64,000 nucleotides of DNA. Source: a bacterium. GTDB lineage: Bacteria; Cyanobacteriota; Vampirovibrionia; Gastranaerophilales; JBAXKC01. Positions 18,491 to 28,973 of the stretch are shown here, one piece after another. A program made the position numbers and the translations under genes. Location of the stretch: contig JBAXKC010000001.1 of the NCBI GenBank assembly GCA_037137535.1, positions 128,001-192,000 on the forward strand, given 5' to 3'. Within the stretch, counting starts at the first letter, position 1, and each line of letters starts with the position of its first letter. A model generated the notes under the pieces. That model was not told the origin of the DNA. It searched no databases and saw nothing but the letters and a program-made list of their open reading frames with translations.

Positions 18491-20836
18491 TTATGCTTCC
18501 ATGTATTTTTCCATATTGTCGTACATTGTCCATATACCGCAAGGACAAACGCCTGCACAAATACCGCAGCCAATGCACTTTTTAGGGTTGCTGACATATT
18601 CAAAAGTTCCATTTTCTTTTTCAACTCTTGAAATAGCCATTTCAGGACAAACGTCCATACAGAAATTACAATCTCTGCATAAACCGCAGCTCATACAACG
18701 ACCTGTTTCCTCTTGTGTATCCATTTCAGACACTTTTTGAGGATTCATAGGATGATAATACTCATCTTTTACTTTGTCTTGAGGAATCATAGGTGCTCTT
18801 TTAAAGAGATCTAAAGGCTGAGCCACAAGCATATTATGAATATTAAGGGCCACTTTTCTGCCATCGCCTATTGCATGGGTAAATAAGCCAAGTTTTACCG
18901 CATCACCCGTTACAAATACTTTTGGATTAGCTTCAGTCTGCATAAATTCATTAAGCTTTGTTTTTCCTCTTTCATCAAGATATTCATTTGATAAGAAAGA
19001 GAAGTCAGTTCTATCGCCAACAGAAATAATAACCGTATCAGCTTCTAAAATTCTGCCGTCTTTTAAGTGAACGCCTTTATCGGTAACTTTCTCAGTAAAG
19101 CAAGGCCACAAGATTTCAGCACCAAGTTTTGTAACATGTTCAATTTCTTTTTCAAAAGCAGCAGGTTTTTGAATATCAATAGCCGTAACTTTTTCAGCAC
19201 CAAGATTATAAGCACCGATTACAACGTCCATAGCCGCATTACCAGCACCAATCACAACAACTTTTTTACCGATACTTACTTTTTCGCCTTTATTAATGGA
19301 CTTTAAGAAATCAAGACCTTTAACAAGTCTTTCATGTCCTTCAAAAGGAATAACAACAGGAACATGCGCCCCAACGGTAACAACAACTGCATTATATTCT
19401 TTTTCAAGCCTTGAGAACAGAGCTTTATCTACTGTTATATTAGTATTAATGCCTATTCCAAGTTCTTTTATTCTATTAAGTTCAGCTTCAAGGACTTCTT
19501 GATTTAATCTATCTTCAGGAATAACCTGTTTAAGTTTTCCGCCTATTATACTGTCTTGCTCATAAATATCTACTTTATAGCCGAATTTTCTCAAGTGATA
19601 AGCGGCTGTTAAACCTGCAACACCCGAACCTATAACAGCAACGGAACTATCAAGTTCTTGAGATGGAGCCTTCACTTTTATATCTCTGCTTAACATTCCA
19701 AGATTAGCTATTTTTACAGGAGTATCAATATATTTTCTGTTACATTCATCCAGACATAAGTTAGGACAAACCTGTCCGCAAACTGAAGCAGGGAAAGGAC
19801 TGTAATCAAGAACCAGTTTTAAAGCCTCTTCAACTTTACCAGCTCTTAAAAGTCCTATTCTACGTTGTGTAGGAATATAAACAGGGCAATTATATTCACA
19901 TGGAGAAGCAAATACATGGTTTTTCCATTCAGGATAACGTATTCTTAATTCGTCTTTTTCAACAAAATTTGCCACATAATAATCTTCTGAAATAAGATCG
20001 CCAAAAATTCCACCCTCAACCCATTTATTAAGTCTGAAATCCTTAATAGGAATTAAAGATTTGATTTTTCTTTCTTCATAGGTTTTAGCAACAATTTTGT
20101 TCCATTGTGAAAAATCTAAAAGGTAATTAATTTCATTAGTTTTTTCAATTTTTTCAAGAAAATCAGGCATTCCTTTTAAAAGAAAAGTTTTATCCCTGTC
20201 ATCTAAAGGCAAAAGCCAAACATCATCAGAAAGGTCTTTTACATTTCCTCTGACATAAACAGTTCCGCCAACCATACCGACACAACTTCTGTATCCTAAT
20301 ACGGAAGGAAGTGCTTCACAGCCTGCACCACAGACAACAGCAACGCCGCCGCCCATAAATTCAAAACTGAAAGAGCCTGTATTTTTATATATCCAAAATT
20401 CCGGAGGCGGGAACTTAGGGTCATGCTTCATTAAAGCCCCTGATCTTGTTCCTACTCTTCCGCTAATGAAAATTTTACCCGTAGCCGCACAATGAGCAGT
20501 AGTATCACCACCATCGCCTTTTACGATAATCTCAGCACCTGCATTTAACCAGCCTACATCGGCAGGAGCAGAGCCTTCAACAATAATCTGAGTTCCATGT
20601 AATCCCATAGAACCGATTCTTTGCCCGGGGTTTTTAACTCTGAATTTTAAAGGCTTACCGTCTTTTGACCAGACAGAACCGCCGATATTATGTTGTCCCG
20701 AAGCTAAAATATCAAATTCAGTACAACCTTCATCAATTTTTTTATATATTTGCTGAAGAAGTTTTTGACTGGAGATTCTTTCTTCAGCTATTATTCCTAA
20801 TAAATTCTCAGTGGAATTTTGCTTTGTATCAGGCAT
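18491..20836 (-). CDS. Glutamate synthase subunit: GXGXG (GltB3) domain fused to GltD-like FAD/NAD(P)H oxidoreductase and C-terminal 4Fe-4S domain
   Basis: GQHNIGG, FEFMGGG, CGQVCPNLC, VIGSGVAG, GAGNAAMD, CIGCGICAGVCP. Confidence 0.88.
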   Translation of the reverse strand: MPDTKQNSTENLLGIIAEERISSQKLLQQIYKKIDEGCTEFDILASGQHNIGGSVWSKDGKPLKFRVKNPGQRIGSMGLHGTQIIVEGSAPADVGWLNAGAEIIVKGDGGDTTAHCAATGKIFISGRVGTRSGALMKHDPKFPPPEFWIYKNTGSFSFEFMGGGVAVVCGAGCEALPSVLGYRSCVGMVGGTVYVRGNVKDLSDDVWLLPLDDRDKTFLLKGMPDFLEKIEKTNEINYLLDFSQWNKIVAKTYEERKIKSLIPIKDFRLNKWVEGGIFGDLISEDYYVANFVEKDELRIRYPEWKNHVFASPCEYNCPVYIPTQRRIGLLRAGKVEEALKLVLDYSPFPASVCGQVCPNLCLDECNRKYIDTPVKIANLGMLSRDIKVKAPSQELDSSVAVIGSGVAGLTAAYHLRKFGYKVDIYEQDSIIGGKLKQVIPEDRLNQEVLEAELNRIKELGIGINTNITVDKALFSRLEKEYNAVVVTVGAHVPVVIPFEGHERLVKGLDFLKSINKGEKVSIGKKVVVIGAGNAAMDVVIGAYNLGAEKVTAIDIQKPAAFEKEIEHVTKLGAEILWPCFTEKVTDKGVHLKDGRILEADTVIISVGDRTDFSFLSNEYLDERGKTKLNEFMQTEANPKVFVTGDAVKLGLFTHAIGDGRKVALNIHNMLVAQPLDLFKRAPMIPQDKVKDEYYHPMNPQKVSEMDTQEETGRCMSCGLCRDCNFCMDVCPEMAISRVEKENGTFEYVSNPKKCIGCGICAGVCPCGIWTMYDNMEKYMEA

Positions 20837-20879
20837 AACGCCCCTCCTGACAATATTTTATTTTTCTCAAACCTATCTT

Positions 20880-22520
20880 TTAACAAGCATGCTGAATTTG
20901 TAATCTTTGAGCCACATGTTGATCAACACTTACTAAAGCATCTGACCTACCGACAGGAAGCGAACTGTTTCCTATTGGAGCCATCATTTTCTTCAACTCA
21001 TGATCTAATGAAATAAAGTAATTAACTATGCTTTCAGCTACTTTATCAATATCCAGACGCTTTACAAGCACAGGATTCTGAGTACAAATACCAACAGGGC
21101 ATAAGCCTGTATTACAAGCATTACACTTGCCATGATCATTTCCAACGCAACCCGCAAGCTGAAGCATAAGTTTTCCTGTAAATACCCCATTAGCTCCAAG
21201 AGCTATCATTTTTAAGGCATCAGCAGAAAGATTCATGTTCATACCAAGTCCGCCAGCTGCCCAAAGAGGGATTTGTCCCTGTTTACCTTGATGCACAGCA
21301 GCAAGATAACAATCTCTAAGCTTAGAAACGATAGGATGACCTGTATGATCCAATGATACTTCGTGAGCCGCACCCGTTCCACCTGCAATACCATCGAGGA
21401 AAAATCCGCCAACAATATTATAAGGATCTCTTAACAGGTTGTTATATACAGAAACGCTCGTTACGCTTGCTGCAACTTTAATTGCAACAGGAACTTTAAA
21501 TTTGAATGCAGAGTTTAAAGAAAGGAACATTTTCTGAACACTTTCTTCAATAGAATAAAGTCCTTGATGATTTGGAGGACTTAATAAATCAGCTTTTGGA
21601 ACGCCTCTGATTTCCTGAATATGACGTGCAACTTTTTTAGATTGTAAAAGTCCGCCATCTCCCGGTTTAGCTCCTTGACCTATTTTAATAAGTACGCCAG
21701 CAGGATCAGTAACCATATCAGGCATTGTGTTAATAATTCTGTTCCAACCGAAATGACCCGATGCGATTTGCAATATCATATATTTTAAATATTCAGATTT
21801 AAGAAGTCTTACAGGAAGACCACCTTCGCCCGAACACATTCTTACAGGAAGTCCGACTTGCTCGTTAAGGTAAGCAACAGCAATTGCCATAGCTTCCCAC
21901 ATACGCCATGATAAAGCACCAATAGACATATCCCCGATAATTACAGGGTAAATCCAACTCACAGGAGGAATTTCACCCGATAATGCCAATTTCCCATCTT
22001 TTACTTCAAGAGGAATATGCTCAGGAGGCAATACTCTTCCAAAAGGTGCAAGCATATCAAAAGTATGACGCTGTGCATCAAGCGATGGGTCAGTCATTTG
22101 GGAAATACGACCGATTTTAAGTTTGTCTAAAGTTCTGCCTTCTGTATGAACATTGGTTCTTCCGCCTCTTTTGTAAGAGTCGGCTAAAGATGTTCTATAT
22201 TTAATTGCAAGTCTGTTATCAGAATTTCTTACAGGCTTAATTGCTGTATTTGGACAAACTTTTTCGCATATACCGCAACCTCTACAAGCCTTATTCTCAT
22301 CAATAACCTGTTTAATTACTGGTATTGTTTGGAAAAACACTCTTGGTCTCGGCGAAGATTCTTCGCTGACAACTTTTCTTCTTTTTTCAACACCTGCTTC
22401 TATAGCACCAAAAGGACAAGAAGCTGTACAGCTACCACAAAGAGTACACCTGTCGTGTTTATATTCTAATTGCCATGGTAAATCATCTATTGCTAATTCA
22501 TTTACTTTTACTGCTGCCAT
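20880..22520 (-). CDS. Glutamate synthase FMN-binding subunit (GltB2) with N-terminal 2x[4Fe-4S]
   Basis: CTLCGSCTASCP, MSIGALS, SGEGG, QIASGHFG, IKIGQGAKPGDGG, CNTGLCPVGICTQ. Confidence 0.92.
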   Translation of the reverse strand: MAAVKVNELAIDDLPWQLEYKHDRCTLCGSCTASCPFGAIEAGVEKRRKVVSEESSPRPRVFFQTIPVIKQVIDENKACRGCGICEKVCPNTAIKPVRNSDNRLAIKYRTSLADSYKRGGRTNVHTEGRTLDKLKIGRISQMTDPSLDAQRHTFDMLAPFGRVLPPEHIPLEVKDGKLALSGEIPPVSWIYPVIIGDMSIGALSWRMWEAMAIAVAYLNEQVGLPVRMCSGEGGLPVRLLKSEYLKYMILQIASGHFGWNRIINTMPDMVTDPAGVLIKIGQGAKPGDGGLLQSKKVARHIQEIRGVPKADLLSPPNHQGLYSIEESVQKMFLSLNSAFKFKVPVAIKVAASVTSVSVYNNLLRDPYNIVGGFFLDGIAGGTGAAHEVSLDHTGHPIVSKLRDCYLAAVHQGKQGQIPLWAAGGLGMNMNLSADALKMIALGANGVFTGKLMLQLAGCVGNDHGKCNACNTGLCPVGICTQNPVLVKRLDIDKVAESIVNYFISLDHELKKMMAPIGNSSLPVGRSDALVSVDQHVAQRLQIQHAC

Positions 22521-23614
22521 CTCTCTACCCCCAAGCTGTTGTTAATAATAACCATTTCTCTTTCATGAGGGTAAATATCCTCTTCCCATTTTCTATCGGG
22601 AAGAACTTCGTTAATACCTGTTACTTCAGAAGTTATAACGATTGTATCTTTAGTTCCGCCAACAACAACCGGTCTTAATTTTTTAGAATCACAACAGGTA
22701 AACATAGTACCATCAGGAAGAACGCCGATAATGGTATTCGGACCGTTTATCTCAAGATGAGCTAAAGATGCTTTTATTTTAAGAAGAATTTGCTTATCCT
22801 CTCTTTGCTCAATCTGTTCAAATGGCAAAGGAGTAATTGTGTGCTTATAGTAAGCAAGTGGCCATTTTAAAATTTTATTAATATAGTGAAGGGTGTATAA
22901 AAAACATTGAGAATCAGACTCAAAACCTACATAACCTTTATACAGCTTCTGCTGAAAAAGCTTATTCTTTTCATAGAAAGTATTTTCGCCGTTTGCAAGT
23001 GATGTATAGCCTTGTAAAAAGAAAGGATGAGCCGCATATCTTACGATGTCGTAATTTGTATTTTGCCTGCATTGAGCAGTAATAATTTTTGCAGTAAATT
23101 CTTTGTTTTCTTCCCAAAGTCCAAAATATTCACCAATATCGGTAGGATCGCCAATTTCTTTAAGAGTAACGACATCAGGCCAAAAGGAGTAAACATAGCC
23201 GTCATCTGTTTCTTCAAGAGCCTCTCTTATTTTTAATTTTGCATCAACTAGAAGTTCTTCTTTTTCATGCTCTGGAGAATATTTAAAACTTTTTGGATAT
23301 TGAAATACTTCAAACACATAGTTTGGCATTGGTTCAATATTTAAACCGGGCTTATAATCAATTTCTGGTGCCCACTGCATAACCCTTACAAAGCCTAATG
23401 AGTGAAGAATATCTTCCGCTTTTTTCATACCTTCATTGGTGCAGGCCATAGATAAAATCGGCAAACCTTTGTAATTTTCAAAAACACCGCCAAGATCTTG
23501 CATAACCATAGCAAAACCTGAATTATCATGTCCTTTTTGTTGAGAACGCATTAATTTAAGCGCCATAGAAGGGTGGATATAATTTTTAGATTTTATAGCT
23601 CCTATACGACACAC
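22508..23614 (-). CDS. Glutamate synthase glutamine amidotransferase subunit (GltB1, Ntn class II)
   Basis: N-terminal Cys (MCRIG), RQNTN..AHPF, NGE, LRP, SE; co-operonic with the other two subunits. Confidence 0.88.
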   Translation of the reverse strand: MCRIGAIKSKNYIHPSMALKLMRSQQKGHDNSGFAMVMQDLGGVFENYKGLPILSMACTNEGMKKAEDILHSLGFVRVMQWAPEIDYKPGLNIEPMPNYVFEVFQYPKSFKYSPEHEKEELLVDAKLKIREALEETDDGYVYSFWPDVVTLKEIGDPTDIGEYFGLWEENKEFTAKIITAQCRQNTNYDIVRYAAHPFFLQGYTSLANGENTFYEKNKLFQQKLYKGYVGFESDSQCFLYTLHYINKILKWPLAYYKHTITPLPFEQIEQREDKQILLKIKASLAHLEINGPNTIIGVLPDGTMFTCCDSKKLRPVVVGGTKDTIVITSEVTGINEVLPDRKWEEDIYPHEREMVIINNSLGVERWQQ

Positions 23615-23850
23615 GCTTTTTTTCTCCTGATCTCTTTTTAAATCATTAATTATTTCAAAATTATAATTTTTTGAAACTTATCCAACATTTTAGCGTAAAT
23701 CTTAAAAAAGTTCGAGAAAAAATTTTATACCTACTAAATATCAGGGATTTTTTAAATTTAATTTTATAAAATTAACACCAATAGCAAATAATTATATTAA
23801 AGCTTTTTGCATTAAAAAATAAATTAAATTATTTTACACATTTAGTTAGC

Positions 23851-24888
23851 CTACGGATGCAACGCTGCCTTTATTACACGACCATCATCATGCATTTTAA
23901 TCCCTTCGATTCCCTCTGAAAGAGGCATTTGAGCCGTTATCAGTTTCTTTACATTAATTGAACCATCGCTTATTAAGTTAAGGGCTTCTTTAATATGTGC
24001 AGGAGTATGGTGAAATATACTAATAATCTTTATTTCATCATAATGAACTCTTCTTGTATCTAACTCAATAGTAGTTCCAGACTTACAACCGCCAAAAAGG
24101 TTGACAGTTCCTCCTCGTCTCGTTATTTTAAGCGCTTTTTCCCATAAGGCAGGCAAGCCTACTGCTTCTATTGCAATATCAAGTCCTTTTCCACCGGGAG
24201 TAAGACTTTTTATCTCTTCAACAGGATCAACTAAAGTTGTTAAATCAATAACTTCATCAGCTCCTGCAAAGTCTTTTGCAAGTTTAAGCTTGAGCGGATT
24301 TCTTCCCATTGCTATAACTCTTGCACCTTTTAGCTTTGCAACTTTTACAAACATAAGTCCAATAGGCCCTAGCCCTATTACGCCAACGGTCTGACCAGCT
24401 TTTATCTCCGTTCGTTCTGCGCCATGCAGCACATTAGCAAGAGGCTCAACAAAAGCCGCCTCATCAAAACTCACATGCTCGGGGATTTCAAGCATATTAT
24501 ACTTAACTATCTGAGCAGGCACTTTTATATATTCAGCAAAAGCACCATTAAGCAGATTTAAGTTTTCGCAAAGATTATATTCACCAAGTCCGCAATAAAA
24601 ACATTGCATACAAGGAGCTGAATTAGCCGCTACAACCTTTTGTCCACGTTTAAAACTTGTTACGTTTTCACCAACTTGCTCTACAATGCCCGCAAATTCG
24701 TGTCCAAACCCAGAAGGAACTGTCTTAATAAGAACAGGATGACCTCTTCTAAAAGTTTTAACATCAGTTCCGCAGGTAAGAGCAGTTTTAACTCTTACTA
24801 AAACCTCATCAGCCTCTATTTCAGGAACATCTACCTCTTCATATCTTATATCACCCGGAGCATGAAACATTATTGCGTTCATTTTCAT
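23851..24888 (-). CDS. Zinc-dependent alcohol/polyol dehydrogenase
   Basis: CGTD, GHE, CMQCFYC..C, GLGPIG. Confidence 0.92.
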   Translation of the reverse strand: MKMNAIMFHAPGDIRYEEVDVPEIEADEVLVRVKTALTCGTDVKTFRRGHPVLIKTVPSGFGHEFAGIVEQVGENVTSFKRGQKVVAANSAPCMQCFYCGLGEYNLCENLNLLNGAFAEYIKVPAQIVKYNMLEIPEHVSFDEAAFVEPLANVLHGAERTEIKAGQTVGVIGLGPIGLMFVKVAKLKGARVIAMGRNPLKLKLAKDFAGADEVIDLTTLVDPVEEIKSLTPGGKGLDIAIEAVGLPALWEKALKITRRGGTVNLFGGCKSGTTIELDTRRVHYDEIKIISIFHHTPAHIKEALNLISDGSINVKKLITAQMPLSEGIEGIKMHDDGRVIKAALHP

Positions 24889-25892
24889 AATTTTATATAT
24901 GCCTTTAATATTCTATTATTTAATGTATCTTCTATCGCTTCATTAATTTGACCTAAAGGGTAGTTACTTATTAAAGTATCAACTTTTACTTTGCCCATTT
25001 CAATCAACTTGAGCGATTCCTTTAAATCTTGTGTTGATGGGGAATAACTGCCCATAACGGTTAATTCCCTATAATATATCTCATTATTGGCAAATCCATC
25101 CGCATAAGAGCTTACGCTTGAGAAAACACAAATTGTTCCGCCATCTCTTATTGATTTTAACGCAGGAGATAAACTTTTATTGCTTCCCGAGGCTAAAAAT
25201 ACAATATCTACACCCAAATTATCATTATTTTCTTTAATTTTATCCGCAAAGTCTTCTTCATATTTAAAAGATTGATCGAAACCTAATGTTTCTGACAAAT
25301 TAACTCTTTCATCGAACAGATCACAACCAAAAACAGTAGCACCATAAACTTTAGCCGCCTGCCCTATTAATAAACCGATAGAACCCAATCCCATAACAAG
25401 AACGGTTTTATTTGGCGAAACTCCTGCTCTTTTAACAGCTCTCAAACAACATGCCAAAGGCTCTGTAAAGGAAGCCTCCTCATAAGAAATAGTTCCTGAA
25501 AGTTTAAAAGCACTATGTAAAAGATGATCTTCAGATAAAAATATATATTCAGAGAAACCACCAGGGAGAATATTGGTTTCTTTAAATTTTCTACACATGG
25601 AATAATTACCACTTTGACAATAAACACAGGCAAAACAAGGAACATGATGACCTGAAACAATTTTATCACCTAGTTTAAAAGCTGTTTTTTCGGTATTTAT
25701 TTCAATAATTTCACCGACTATTTCATGCCCTAATACTGCTCCGTCCGCAACTAAATTCTGTTTCAACTTAACAATATCAGAACCACAAAGACCGCAACCG
25801 TATATTTTTACTATTGCACCGCTTTTTTTAAGAATAGGTGGTGATATATCTTTTAATTCAAGAGTTTTATTTTTTAATACTGCAGCCTTCAA
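24885..25892 (-). CDS. Zinc-dependent alcohol/polyol dehydrogenase
   Basis: CGSD, GHE, CFACVYC..C, GLGSIG; overlaps the next gene by 4 nt. Confidence 0.92.
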   Translation of the reverse strand: MKAAVLKNKTLELKDISPPILKKSGAIVKIYGCGLCGSDIVKLKQNLVADGAVLGHEIVGEIIEINTEKTAFKLGDKIVSGHHVPCFACVYCQSGNYSMCRKFKETNILPGGFSEYIFLSEDHLLHSAFKLSGTISYEEASFTEPLACCLRAVKRAGVSPNKTVLVMGLGSIGLLIGQAAKVYGATVFGCDLFDERVNLSETLGFDQSFKYEEDFADKIKENNDNLGVDIVFLASGSNKSLSPALKSIRDGGTICVFSSVSSYADGFANNEIYYRELTVMGSYSPSTQDLKESLKLIEMGKVKVDTLISNYPLGQINEAIEDTLNNRILKAYIKL

Positions 25893-25988
25893 GTTTTTAA
25901 TCCTACCTTTTAAAACTACAAGTATATTAAACTCCTTAAATATTTACTGTCAAAAGTTTATTTTAAGTATTAGGAAGTTTTAAACTAT

Positions 25989-27083
25989 CTATTTTGAGCC
26001 CGAGGCCTGATTTGCTGTTTTATCACAAGTGGAAGGCACTCTGGTACAACTGTTAAGAGCTTTACCTGGTTGACCAAAAGCAAACTTGAATAGTAAAAAT
26101 TTCTTGCTTAACATCTCACTTACTCCGTCCGATAGACATTTTATACTATTAACTGCTTCCTGTGAAGCCAATACTGTTTCATTAAGATTACTGAATAAAT
26201 TCGGTCCTGACTGAGAATTACTAACTTTATTCGTATAATTATTAACTACTCCTAATGTATTATTTGTAATTTTCAAGGTATCTTTACTATCTTTTGAAAC
26301 CTGCTTAAAGTTTTCAGAAGCTTCCGCCGCATTTTTAATAGCCGTTTTTATATTTTCATCTCCTGTAATTTTACGCAAATCAGAAGAAAACGCAGAACCA
26401 TTAGACAAGATTTGCCTTATATCACCTTTAAATGTTCGATCCGACAGTAATCCATCTACGTTTGCAAGCGTTGATTTTACAAGAATAGAAGTTCCCGCAG
26501 CATTTTTTGAGAACGTTCTAATATCATTTTTATTATCTTTTGCTATTTGATTCATATTTTTAGACATTTCCACTTGAAGATTCATCAGCTCTTGACTTTG
26601 AGCTATAAAATTTTTAAGTTTATCACTTTGCATAAAATCTTTTATTGAATCTTGAAGATCCGTCAACGTATAAACATCTTGACCTTTTATCCATGCTCCG
26701 TCTTTTAATTTAACCTTAGAAGGTTTATCAGGTAGATTTAGCACAATAAATTTTTGCCCCGCAATACCTTCTGAAACAACAGAAGCAGTTGTATTATTAG
26801 GTAAAATAAAGTCTTTCTGATAAATATTCAATCTGACAATAGTGTATTTATAATCTTTACTTAATTCTATTTTTGAAATTTTGCCTACTTCTAACCCCTG
26901 ATAATAGACTTTAAATCCCTCACTAAGGATGCCTGGCTTTTTGAATAAAACATTCCACTTCATTTGAGGCATAAGTGCAAAATAACGAAGCCATAATACA
27001 CCGAATATAAATAATCCTACGGTAGAAACTATAAAAATCCCTGCTTTAAATTCAGATACGGTTTTGACTTTCTGATTATTCAT
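25989..27083 (-). CDS. MlaD/MCE-family protein with helical tail
   Basis: N-terminal TM, VYYQGLEVGKI, EGIAGQKFI. Confidence 0.88.
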   Translation of the reverse strand: MNNQKVKTVSEFKAGIFIVSTVGLFIFGVLWLRYFALMPQMKWNVLFKKPGILSEGFKVYYQGLEVGKISKIELSKDYKYTIVRLNIYQKDFILPNNTTASVVSEGIAGQKFIVLNLPDKPSKVKLKDGAWIKGQDVYTLTDLQDSIKDFMQSDKLKNFIAQSQELMNLQVEMSKNMNQIAKDNKNDIRTFSKNAAGTSILVKSTLANVDGLLSDRTFKGDIRQILSNGSAFSSDLRKITGDENIKTAIKNAAEASENFKQVSKDSKDTLKITNNTLGVVNNYTNKVSNSQSGPNLFSNLNETVLASQEAVNSIKCLSDGVSEMLSKKFLLFKFAFGQPGKALNSCTRVPSTCDKTANQASGSK

Positions 27084-27828
27084 TATTTATTTGTCCTTTA
27101 TCTTTCTTTAATCTAAGTCTTTCCTTAAAAAGCATTGGATATTTGCTGTTATCTGATAAAAACGAACCCAACGTGCCTTGCCATACAAATTTTGCATTAT
27201 CCAAAATAAAAATTCTGTCCGAAACATTTTGAATTGTACCCATATCATGTGATACAACAACCGAGGTTATTCCCATTTGATCTCGCAAACGAACAATGTC
27301 ATCTTCAAGTTTTGATGCTGTTTGAGGGTCCAAACCTGAACTTGGCTCATCATAAAGAATCACCTCAGGCAAAAGAGCTATAGCTCTGGCAATACTTGCC
27401 CGTTTTTGCATACCGCCCGATAATTCATCAGGTGTTAGGTCTTCAGTATTTTGCAAGCCAACTGTATTTAAAGCGTCTAAAACTCGTTTTTCTATTTCCT
27501 CTTCAGCCAAATTAGTTGTTTCGCTTAAAGCTAAAGCCACATTTTCATATATGGTCATTGAATTAAACAAAGCAGGATATTGAAATGCCATACAAACCCT
27601 ATCGGAGTAAACATTAATTTCTCCTTTATCAGGCTTGATTAAACCTGTTATAAGTTTTAAAATAGTGCTTTTACCCGTTCCTGACGGTCCTGCAATTGTA
27701 ACTATATCTTTTTCGTAAATATTAAAACTTACATCATCAAGAATTTTTTTCAAACCAAAGGAAAGACTCACATTCTTAAAACTTATGAGAACTTTTCTAT
27801 TTTCAGAGGCTTTATCATTTAAGTTCAT
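27076..27828 (-). CDS. MlaF-type ABC ATPase
   Basis: GPSGTGKST, FQYPALF, LSGGMQKR, YDEPSSGLDP. Confidence 0.92.
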   Translation of the reverse strand: MNLNDKASENRKVLISFKNVSLSFGLKKILDDVSFNIYEKDIVTIAGPSGTGKSTILKLITGLIKPDKGEINVYSDRVCMAFQYPALFNSMTIYENVALALSETTNLAEEEIEKRVLDALNTVGLQNTEDLTPDELSGGMQKRASIARAIALLPEVILYDEPSSGLDPQTASKLEDDIVRLRDQMGITSVVVSHDMGTIQNVSDRIFILDNAKFVWQGTLGSFLSDNSKYPMLFKERLRLKKDKGQINNE

Positions 27829-27830
27829 AT

Positions 27831-28586
27831 TTATGCCCCAAAGAAAATCGAAGTTAAAATATAGTTAAAGGTAAAAATTAATATTATGCTCCATACAACA
27901 GTAGTAGTAGTTGCTTTACCAACTGCTTCTGCACCTCCAATTACGGAAAAACCCCTTGTAGTTGCAATTACAGAAATTATAATTCCAAAAACGGTCGCTT
28001 TCAGAACCATAACCCAAACGTCCTGATTTTCTATGAACTGTCTTACCGAATCAAGATAAATTTTATTATTTAATCCGATAGAAATTCCCGTCAAAACCAT
28101 TCCCGAAACTATAGAAACGAAAGCCGAAATTATAGTTAAAAGTGGAGTTATAATGCTTGATGCAATTAACCTTGGAACAAATAAATAATAAGTAGGATTT
28201 ATTCCAAGAACTCTTAGAGCATCAATCTGCTCAGATGACTTCATACTGCCTATTTCTGCTGAAATAGAAGCTCCAACACGTCCTGCAACAACAATTGATG
28301 TAATAACAGGGGCTAACTCCCGAATTATAGCAATAGCAACAAGTCCACCTACAAGATGCCCCGCACCGAAATTATAATAAAGCTGCTTTGCTAATTGCGT
28401 AGAAATAGCAAGACCAATAAACATAGCAGTTATTGCAACTATAAAAATAGAATCTATTCCTGCTTTATTTATCTGCTCACAAGTTTCAACAATATGAAAC
28501 TTGCCTTTTAGTATAAATTTAAACGCCTCTAGTAACGTTTGTCCTGAACGCCCAATATCCTCAACAAATTCTCTGGTAGCTCCCAT
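27831..28586 (-). CDS. MlaE-type ABC permease
   Basis: RELAPV..AGRVGASISAEIGSMKSSEQIDAL, VGKATTTTVV. Confidence 0.93.
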   Translation of the reverse strand: MGATREFVEDIGRSGQTLLEAFKFILKGKFHIVETCEQINKAGIDSIFIVAITAMFIGLAISTQLAKQLYYNFGAGHLVGGLVAIAIIRELAPVITSIVVAGRVGASISAEIGSMKSSEQIDALRVLGINPTYYLFVPRLIASSIITPLLTIISAFVSIVSGMVLTGISIGLNNKIYLDSVRQFIENQDVWVMVLKATVFGIIISVIATTRGFSVIGGAEAVGKATTTTVVWSIILIFTFNYILTSIFFGA

Positions 28587-28784
28587 GTCTCATCAACTCC
28601 CAATAGTCCAACTCACAAAAAGTATAGAATAGCGTTAGTTTTGAGAATATTCCACAGCTTAACTAGCCTATGATAAATACTTAGGCTAACCTTATACCTA
28701 TCTGACAAAATAATTTATAAAACGTCATGCTGAATTTATGTCTACATCTACTAAAATTAGTTAAATACTCAATGATTTCGATGT

Positions 28785-28863
28785 CTAAAGCCATCGACTT
28801 ATTTTCTTGCCCTTTGAGTTCTTTTTACACAAAATAATTCTTGAGAGAAGAAGCAAACCGCTC
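28785..28863. repeat. Dispersed structured non-coding element, copy 1
   Basis: 28836-28863 matches 46355-46382 at 25/28 nt; shared CTAAAG and ATCGACT-N-ATTTT blocks. Confidence 0.6.
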
Positions 28864-28921
28864 ATTTGCAGTGGTTTTAAAATTGAATTATCAAAAATTA
28901 AATTGGATCAGTATAAACACA

Positions 28922-28954
28922 AAAACACAGGAGATAAATTATCTCCTGTGTTTT
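28922..28954. terminator. Terminator after sucD
   Basis: AAAACACAGGAGATA-AAT-TATCTCCTGTGTTTT. Confidence 0.9.
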
Positions 28955-28973
28955 ATATTATTTAGAATTAAAA

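Noticed and set aside
28723-28750. GTCATGCTGAATTTATGTCTACATCT, resembling REP-like palindromes
   Set aside because: Single degenerate copy with a broken palindrome; cannot be supported from this window
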